From Eledone cirrhosa (lineage: Eukaryota), in assembly GCA_964016885.1 (NCBI GenBank), contig OZ024746.1, forward strand, positions 76,012,001 to 76,076,000: DNA of 64,000 nt, written 5' to 3'. A model generated the notes under the pieces. It did not search any database. It was not told the origin of the DNA and was given only the letters and a program-made list of their open reading frames with translations. A program made the position numbers and the translations under genes. This document shows, piece by piece, positions 54,741 through 64,000 of the stretch (position 1 is its first letter; the number at the start of each line of letters is the position of its first letter).

Positions 54741-55544
54741 TAAAAAGGAAAAGAAAATGCTGACAAATTTTCCCAGTGAAAAATAGTTTAATTAGGAATA
54801 AGTATAAATTAGTAATAAGTATTGGTTAGTATTCAGTTTTAGTTTTAAGTTTTTACCGGTTGCGCATTTCTAATGCTTTTCAAAAATAATTTTGAGATAG
54901 AGCGCTCGTGATGTTTACTCTAATCTGATCAGTTTGGGAAATTTTTCCTGTTTTCGACAAACCTACATTTGGCGCCAAACCAGTTCGCGCTAAAATCAAT
55001 TTTAACATTCACGTGACTTCTACCGATCAATCAAAATTGTTTTGACTACAAGAATTTTTGCAACACGAATTGGCGCGAAATTTATAGTACTTATTCACGT
55101 GACATTCAACAACCAACCAAATCTTAATACCTCTGGAGCCCCTTTTTTCACATAAAACAGGAAGAATTTCCAAAACTGATCAGATTAGAGCAAACATCAC
55201 GAGCGCTCTATCTCAAAATTATTTTTGAAAAGCATTAGAAATGCGCAACCGGTAAAAACTTAAAACTAAAACTGAATACTAACCAATACTTATTACTAAT
55301 TTATACTTATTCCTAATTAAACTATTTTTCACTGGGAAAAATTTGTCAGCATTTTCTTTTCCTTTTTACTAATATATCACAACTCGTGTGTCACACCTCT
55401 ATTTTTTTAAATAAATATATATATATATTTAAAAAAATAGAGGTGTGACACACGAGTTGTGATATATTAGTAAAAAGGAAAAGAAAATGCTGACAAATTT
55501 TTCCCAGTGAAAAATAGTTTAATTAGGAATAAGTATAAATTAGT

Positions 55545-55548
<4 letters not shown>
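54732..55548. repeat. Nested double inverted repeat between (TA)n arrays
   Basis: 54732-54953 is inverted at ~55155-55376. A second palindrome ~55290-55548 is centred on a TA run near 55420. Confidence 0.88.
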
Positions 55549-55612
<64 letters not shown>

Positions 55613-55857
55613 GAAAATAGAGAAATTAATGTGAACAAGGAGCCAACAGCAATTCATAATATATAAGTGACTATTACGTCAAGATGGAAAATATTTAACG
55701 TAAGATATGGGAAAATAATTCAATTTCAATAAAAAAAAAAGTCAAGACAAATTTTATCCACAGATTTTGTGTAATCCAGGGAAAAAAACCAATAGAGTCT
55801 TAACTCAGAATAAAATTAAGGGTAAATACTTATCCTTCAATTTCAAATCTACAAATG

Positions 55858-55936
55858 CTCTATATAGTCTTAAAAAGACTATTTCACGAAACTTTTCAGT
55901 GGGGTTAGTCACGGTTGGAATCGTTCATCAGTAGAG
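55858..55936 (-). ncRNA. Type I hammerhead ribozyme candidate with full stem III
   Basis: CTCTA-CTGATGA-ACGA...TCGT-GAAA-TAGTCTT(TTT)AAGACTA-TA-TAGAG, AUA triplet. Confidence 0.78.
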
Positions 55937-56072
55937 TGGGTAATAGGAGAAAGTATGACCTCGACGGCAGAGCTCAAGCCGTTTCGACGGCTATTTCTGG
56001 ACATGAAATAGCCGTCGAAACGGCTTGAGCTCTGCCGTCGGGGTCATACTTTCTCCTATTACCCACTCTACT
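55930..56072. repeat. Near-perfect hairpin, ~68-bp arms
   Basis: AGTAGAGTGGG...GCTATTTC / GAAATAGC...CCCACTCTACT. Confidence 0.9.
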
Positions 56073-56827
56073 ACCCTAAGTATTGAGTACTCTGGTGCGT
56101 TATGGTCCACCTGGTTCCTTACCACAACTACTTCGTTATATATATATATCGAAAATATCCTTACTTGATATATATATATATACATGTGTGTGAATGTTTG
56201 TATGTATGTATGTCTATGTACGTGTGTATATATATATATTTATATATATATGTGTATATGTGTGTGTATATATGTGTGTATATATCCATTTATATTTTGT
56301 TTGTTTCTTTTTCGGCTGTCTGGTCAGATGGATACATATATTAAGTTAATAACCCGAAATGCGCTTATGTTTGTATCTATGTATACTCACGCATGTATAT
56401 ATGTGTGTATGTATATATATGTATACCTATATATGTGTGTGTATGTATGTGTATATGTATGTGTGTATGTATGTGTATATGTATGTGTGTATGTATGTAT
56501 GTGCGTGTATGTACGTATGTATATGTGTATGTATGTGTGTGAGTATATGTATTTATATGTATTTATTTTTACCCCCTAACCTTACGTTCTGCATCAGTGT
56601 GTATATTTTTCCCTTTATTTTATTTTATATATCTCTTATCTTTATTTTATTATATTTCAGCCTCGTTTTCAATTATAATAGCCTTTGTTTTTAAATTCGT
56701 ATCTTACGTCCATATTAAATTTTCATTCTGATGAGCGATTTCAGACATCTCTGTCGAGTCTCGTCTGTCTTCTTGAAAACTTGAAAACTTTAGTGAATGG
56801 AATAATTGTCTCATGTTGTTTATTACA

Positions 56828-56915
<88 letters not shown>

Positions 56916-56967
56916 ACTATAAAGTATGTCCATAGAATCATTGATAATATATATACACCATATATAT

Positions 56968-57076
<109 letters not shown>

Positions 57077-57618
57077 TTTCAGAAGATCCTGTTAAGGGTG
57101 AAAGCAGCGATTCTTTGCTTAAACTTTAATCTGTTATTTTAATACATATTTACTCTATGGTTTTTATATATTTGATATATATTTATCCTTATCGAGCCCT
57201 CTTTGGATTTTAGTCTTCACATTTATTATTATTACTATATAAATATATTTATATATATATACATACATAGACAGATACACAACATGTCAACATACCAACA
57301 CACAGATTCGTTGGATAAAACCACTGATTAGCAGAACTTTTTTGTAGATAAATCAATTACTTGATCCAATAGTTTTCTACTAGCAAAACATCTCATATAC
57401 ATGTTTTCTATCTGTGAGATGTGATAACAGAAATTATGTAAATAAATTAGGAATGTCTTTGATAAATATAGACATCTTCCAGGTCAACATATTATATCTG
57501 GTGCAATCATATTCACTGATGAAACCTAGGTGTAAACATATACCAAAATGCTGTCCCCACCCCTAATTAAGTTTTTGATAAGATCGTATATGTACGATAG
57601 AAATGTGTAAGCAATTAG

Positions 57619-57656
<38 letters not shown>

Positions 57657-57809
57657 CGTGTGCGCGTGCGTATGTGTGTGTGTGTGTGTGTGCGTGCGCG
57701 TGTGTATGTATATTTATATATATATATATATAAACCAGTATATATATATATATATACAGACTAATTACTTGTATATTTCTATCATATAGACCTACGTATA
57801 AGATATTAT

Positions 57810-57909
<100 letters not shown>

Positions 57910-57911
57910 CT

Positions 57912-57956
<45 letters not shown>

Positions 57957-58327
57957 TTGTTTGATGATCCTGCGAGTGCGCATGAGAAACTCCAGAGTAA
58001 CAAGATAACAAGACCTGCTACTTAACCATAATAAATGTATATATTTTTATAGATATAACTTTGACTGCTGGCGCATATCTTAATATACATATTGATTAAT
58101 CACCAACAGGAGCGTTAATTATTACCTCCATTTCAGAATAATACTAAGAGCGAATGGGTATATATACTCATTAAATGTGGCGATTGGATGATATATAAGT
58201 CTTCTGAAATACAATGAACAGGGAAATTTGTATTTTGTGGCATGTTTACATGCCTACATATTTGATATGCGTATATGTATGTATCAGCCTTAATGTATAG
58301 ATGTGAGACATGAACAAAATACTGTGG

Positions 58328-58640
58328 GCATATCGAACACTTCCCCCAACAATGCTTGTGCTCCATCCTCAAGATCTCAAACACCAAGCACTGATGTGCT
58401 GCAGCGGGCCTGTCTGCCAAACATCGAGACCATGATCACGAAAGAACGTCTTCGGTGGTCAGGTCACTGACTCACTCTGCAGGTGGGCTAACACCACACC
58501 ATAAAGAATACAATGCCAATTAAACTCAAGCAGGTGGGAAATTTAACTGTGCACTATGTGTTATGACATGTAAGTCACTTGGTAGTCAACATATAACATT
58601 CTTAAAGGGCGTGATCCTCTGTTGGTTTCGGCGATGAGCA
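58328..58640 (+). pseudogene. Degenerate, internally deleted RTE fragment
   Basis: Remnants IEHFPQQCLCSILKI, TDVLQRACLPNIETMITKERLRWSGH and FNCALCVMTCKSL. Confidence 0.65.
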
Positions 58641-59094
58641 TTCAGTTGTTCAATGATGAACGTTTATACCAGCTGAATTTACCACAGACACGTGTACTGT
58701 TTACGAAATTCTCAGTTCGAATAAAATGCCGCAATATTTGGCAGGGCCGAGCTATTGAATTAAATGCACAACAACAACAAAACAATATTCCAGAGAGCTG
58801 GAGTTAATGTAGAGAAAGCCTCGATCACGAAAACTCTTCGTTTTCGTACTTGGTATCATGGAGAACAATGGCAACTTGGTTTCAAACACACCAGTCACTC
58901 TTATTCACAAAGACGTTCAGCAATGTATTGAAGAGCAGTACCATTATATAATAATATATATAATAATAATAAAATGTGGAGAGGAGGCACACGAGTTAGG
59001 ATATATATATATATATATATATGAAAACAGGGAGAAAGAGACGATTATGAGGAAGAAAAATATATTTTTTTCCTTTTTTGTTTCATATATATAT

Positions 59095-59161
<67 letters not shown>

Positions 59162-59354
59162 CGCGTGTGTATTGCGCAATTATGAGAACATTGCGTACGT
59201 TTTCCCTCGTTAATTCTAAATAGCAAAGCGGAAGGATTTGTCATCAAGGAATCAACACGTTTCCGAGAAAAACCTGTTGTCTTGTTTGAAAAAAAAAGCA
59301 ACTCCCCCGCAAAAAAAAAAGAAAAAAACAACTGTTATCTAGATATTACCCACC

Positions 59355-59430
<76 letters not shown>

Positions 59431-59528
59431 GTGTATATGTATATATAAATATATATATATGTATATATAAATATATATATATATGTATGTATATATGTAT
59501 AAATACAGACATATATACATAGAAATAT

Positions 59529-59583
<55 letters not shown>

Positions 59584-59585
59584 CG

Positions 59586-59650
<65 letters not shown>

Positions 59651-59959
59651 ATAGACACACACACTGAGAAGTGCATAACACTCCGACAAAAATGAAAGAC
59701 GGAAGGATTTATATAAAGAAACTATTGAATAAAAGGTAAGATTTTAATCTTGAATAATGACTGAGTCATATTCGTTGGCTCCAGTCCAAATGTTCACACA
59801 GTTTACCTCTGAATTGTCTATTAAGACTGACAGAAAATATAATAAAATTCATTGAAACAAAATAATGTAAATATATCAATAAACAAAGAACTGACTGCAT
59901 TTGTTGAAATACATGCATACACACACACATATTTACACACACACTCAGACAAACAGACA

Positions 59960-60014
<55 letters not shown>

Positions 60015-60400
60015 CTACATACGCACACACAGACAGACACACAGACACACACACATACACACACAAACAGACAAACACAAACACACTCACACACTCACAC
60101 ACACACACATACCTACATACACACACACAGACAGACAAACACAGACACACAAACACACACAAACAGACAGACACACACACACACATACACACACAAACAG
60201 ACAGACAGACACACACTCACACACACACATACCTACATACATAGATACACACACATATACATATATATACATATATCACACATGTACATGCACACACATT
60301 CATAGATACATTCATACATACACAGACACATACATACATACATACATCCACATAAGTACATGCATACATACACACACACCTACATACATACATACATACA

Positions 60401-61007
60401 TGGTGGCTGCCAACTCGTTTTCGAGTACGGCCACTACTTCATATCCATGTAGGAGAACCCCTACCGATGCGCTGAACGAGTGTGACTTTTTAGTCCAGCC
60501 AGCGACTTGAAAACTCTGGTACAAACACTACACTTGTGACAATTATTGACACATAGTGCTGGGTGCATGGTACCATGTGATGACAAGTGCAGAGAGATCT
60601 CCAGATATAAAGCAATGCCTGTGCCGTGAAGCTTTTATAGTGAGCAAAGGCACTGCACAAAGCCAGTCCCATTCTCTTAACCAACATGATATTTACCAAA
60701 AAGAAGAACAAGTCAACATCATTGGATACCATCAGGGTTGCAGGTGTTATATCAGAGTTTTCCTTCTCCTAGAATTCTGCCTTGACAAAGGCTAAGGGGT
60801 CATCTCTCCCGGTGATTTTGGATGGCCATTGACTCTTAAGAGCTCCTTTGCCCTTTGACAGATTTTGTTTTTAGTCCTGCAGGATGTCCAAAGTCACCCT
60901 CCTCACCAAGAAACCTTGGTAGGGTTGCCAGTTTAGTCGCCAACGACCCGACCATGAGACAGGTTGTACTGGGATACATGTTACCAGTAGCACCAACTGG
61001 TGACCTG
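60401..61007 (-). mobile_element. 607-bp bipartite RTE-derived element, family A, copy 3
   Basis: Reverse complement of copy 1 with the same ends. (CATA)n on both sides. Confidence 0.88.
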
Positions 61008-61939
61008 ACACATACATACATACATACATACATACATACATACATACATACATACATACATACATACATACATACATACATACAATCCATTAATGGAACA
61101 GCAAACATATGTAAAACATTCCAAAAATGTTGCATCTAATAACTGCATATACACATGTACAGATACAAAGCATATACACATGCACACATACAACTCAAAA
61201 CATACACATCCACACATACAATAACATCCATATCTACACATGCATGCATACATACATATCTACCTAGTTGATGTTGTCTAAATTCCAATGAGAGAGTCTT
61301 GTATCTATGTTAGAAACCGACTCTCTCTCTCTCTATTGGTAAAACTTTGTGAAATTATAAGACCAGAAGAACATACATACATACATACATACATACATAC
61401 ATACATACATACATACATACATACATACATACATACATACATACATACATACATACGCGTATATATCACTTGCAACAATAATTTTCTCAACTTTAGGCAG
61501 CAATATTAGAAGAAGAAGAAGAAGAAGAAGAAGAAGAAGAAGAAGAAGAAGAAGAAGAAGAAGAAGAAGAAGAAGAAGACCTGCCATTTAATGGAGGAGT
61601 GGTTGATTTGTTATAAGGACTTCCTGAAGAACTGGTGCCAAGGAAATGCTTGAGATGGTTTATCTTCAGAGAAGTCACCAACATGAAACAGCTGGTTCTA
61701 GGGAATGGCAGATATACTGACTAGAATGTTGAATATTTCCCCCAACGGGATTGGAAAGGAAAGAAAAAGGCCCTTAACTCTTGATGAAGTCGTAGGGGCG
61801 CATTCATGATACACGCCGTGTCTTGGGTATTTTAAACCTGGTGGTGCCCATCCCTGACCAGGTTTCAACACAGCCGACTTCTTTCAGAGAAAAAGAGATA
61901 GAAAGGGAGAAAGTTATAAAGAAATGAAGAATCGACCTC

Positions 61940-62193
61940 AGTAGTGTACTGGAACTTCTTTTATCAACCTCGTAAGGATGAAAGGCAAAGTTGAAGAGGG
62001 TGGGATTTGAACTCAGACGCAGTCAGCCGGAGGTAAATGCCATTTCGCCGGCAATAGGATTGGGGTATTATTGGCGTGAGTTCAAATCCCGTCGAGGTTA
62101 ACTTTGCTTTTCATTCTTACGGGGTCGATAAAATAAAGTACCAGTAATGCACTGGGTAATTGCTGGCCTTGTGCCAAATGTAGAAACAATTAT
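61940..62193. mobile_element. Two S1-related SINE pieces in opposite orientation
   Basis: ~61940-62030 (-) and 62078-62193 (+). Confidence 0.75.
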
Positions 62194-62363
62194 TAATAAG
62201 ACCGACTAGGCTAAAGTCTAGGGGTCCCGTAGGGTCTAGGCATCTCCAATTTTCTTTTTTAATTGTAGTTGGGTGAAAAATGGAAGTGCCAGGGGATATC
62301 CGGAATATATGAAAGTCCAGGAGCCCAGTAATGAGTTAATACGACCAAGAATGGGATCAGAAT

Positions 62364-62415
<52 letters not shown>

Positions 62416-62429
62416 TATATATATAAAGA

Positions 62430-62510
<81 letters not shown>

Positions 62511-62558
62511 AGGTAGATAGGTAGGCAGGTAGATAAATAAATAGGCATATATATATAT

Positions 62559-62962
62559 ATATTGTTATACTTTGGGAGGGTCATGCTGCCAATAAAAACA
62601 CACGCACCAGTTGGTTTTCACTTTAATCTATTATAAATTTCCGGTTGGTTGGTTGGTTGGTTCGATAACCAGAAGGTTATTTATATATTGTCAAAGCTCT
62701 TTCGTCACACATTCTGGCAAACTAAGCACACAACACACAAAACAAGATGGTGTAGGACAGAACAAAGGAGAGACACAAAATAAAAACCTAGTCACTGAGG
62801 AGGTCACAGAATGTGTGACGAAAGAGCTTTGACAATATATAAACAACCTTCTGGTTATCGAACCAACCAACCAACCAACCGGAAATTTATAATAGATTAA
62901 AGTGAAACCCAACAGATGCGTGTGTTTTTATTGGCAGCATGACCCTCCCAGAATATAACAAT
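62559..62962. repeat. Fold-back element with ~155-bp inverted arms
   Basis: ATTGTTATA...CACACATTCT / AGAATGTGTG...TATAACAAT. Confidence 0.9.
62791..62833 (+). ncRNA. Minimal hammerhead candidate inside a fold-back element
   Basis: GTCA-CTGAGGA-G-GTCAC(AGAATGT)GTGAC-GAAA-GAGC-TT-TGAC. Confidence 0.5.
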
Positions 62963-63029
62963 GTTTCAACACACGTTTTCAGATAAGAAATCTTGCAAAA
63001 CAAATTAAAAAACGAAGTATATATGTGTG

Positions 63030-63118
<89 letters not shown>

Positions 63119-63304
63119 ATACACAGATAGATAGACAGACAGATATATACACAGACAGATGGATAGAGGGATAGGTAGAGTTAAGATAAGAGGAGGTATG
63201 TGTGTATGTGTTATTTTGTATTTGCATATATGTAAAAGTGAGCTATTTTCATACAGAGTAAACAAAAGAGGTATGTATGCATGAGTGTATGTATGTACAT
63301 GTAC

Positions 63305-63361
<57 letters not shown>

Positions 63362-63654
63362 TACATATGCTAACGGATATTTGCATATATGCTAAAGTTT
63401 GCTATTTTCGTTTCGTTCAATCTACATAGTTTTTGGGTGACCCTCTGCCGTTTCTAAATGACAGGTGTACGATTAAAGACGCTGCTGAATTCCTCGTTAG
63501 ATACACGTACTAAATGAGGTGCCATATGTCATCTCAAACAACAAACTGTTTAGCAGGGAATCACGAAATAGCCGTCTCGAATGTCACTGTTGTTGTTTAC
63601 CAAATGACCCCCCCCCCCCCCCAACACACACACACATATACACACACACGCACG

Positions 63655-63689
<35 letters not shown>

Positions 63690-63895
63690 GCACGCCCACA
63701 CAAACACACGCACGCCCACACAAACACACGCACACACACATATACACACACACGCACGCCCACACAAACACACGCACACACACGCCCGCCCACACGCACA
63801 CACCGCGCGTACACAAACACACACGTGCGCACACCCACAACACACACTGACATACATACATGGATATATAGATAGAGAGAGTGAAAGAGATATAA

Positions 63896-64000
<105 letters not shown>

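Overview
This is AT-rich, extremely microsatellite-dense eukaryotic non-coding DNA. The repeat content suggests a cephalopod/Octopus-like genome (inference). I cannot support any host protein-coding gene, and nearly all listed ORFs are translations of simple repeats. The real content is retroelements partitioned by microsatellite type. (1) (TATG)n arrays host an R4/Dong-type RT+RLE non-LTR retrotransposon (one long 5'-truncated copy, one 3' fragment, one old relative) and several RTE-derived elements. These include a young 607-bp bipartite non-autonomous RTE in 4 copies, and seven insertions are stacked in 26.2-31.2 kb. (2) (TA)n arrays are flanked by many short non-coding tandem or fold-back elements carrying type-I hammerhead ribozyme folds, as in Penelope-like pLTRs and retrozymes. 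These include a 595-bp tandem dimer with one hammerhead per unit, and copies with the compensatory C3-G8 to U3-A8 core. Also present are many tRNA-derived SINEs, RTE, Tx1/L1 and Jockey/CR1-type fragments, MITEs and minisatellites. All RNA folds and translations were done by eye, and family names come from recalled motifs and need database confirmation.
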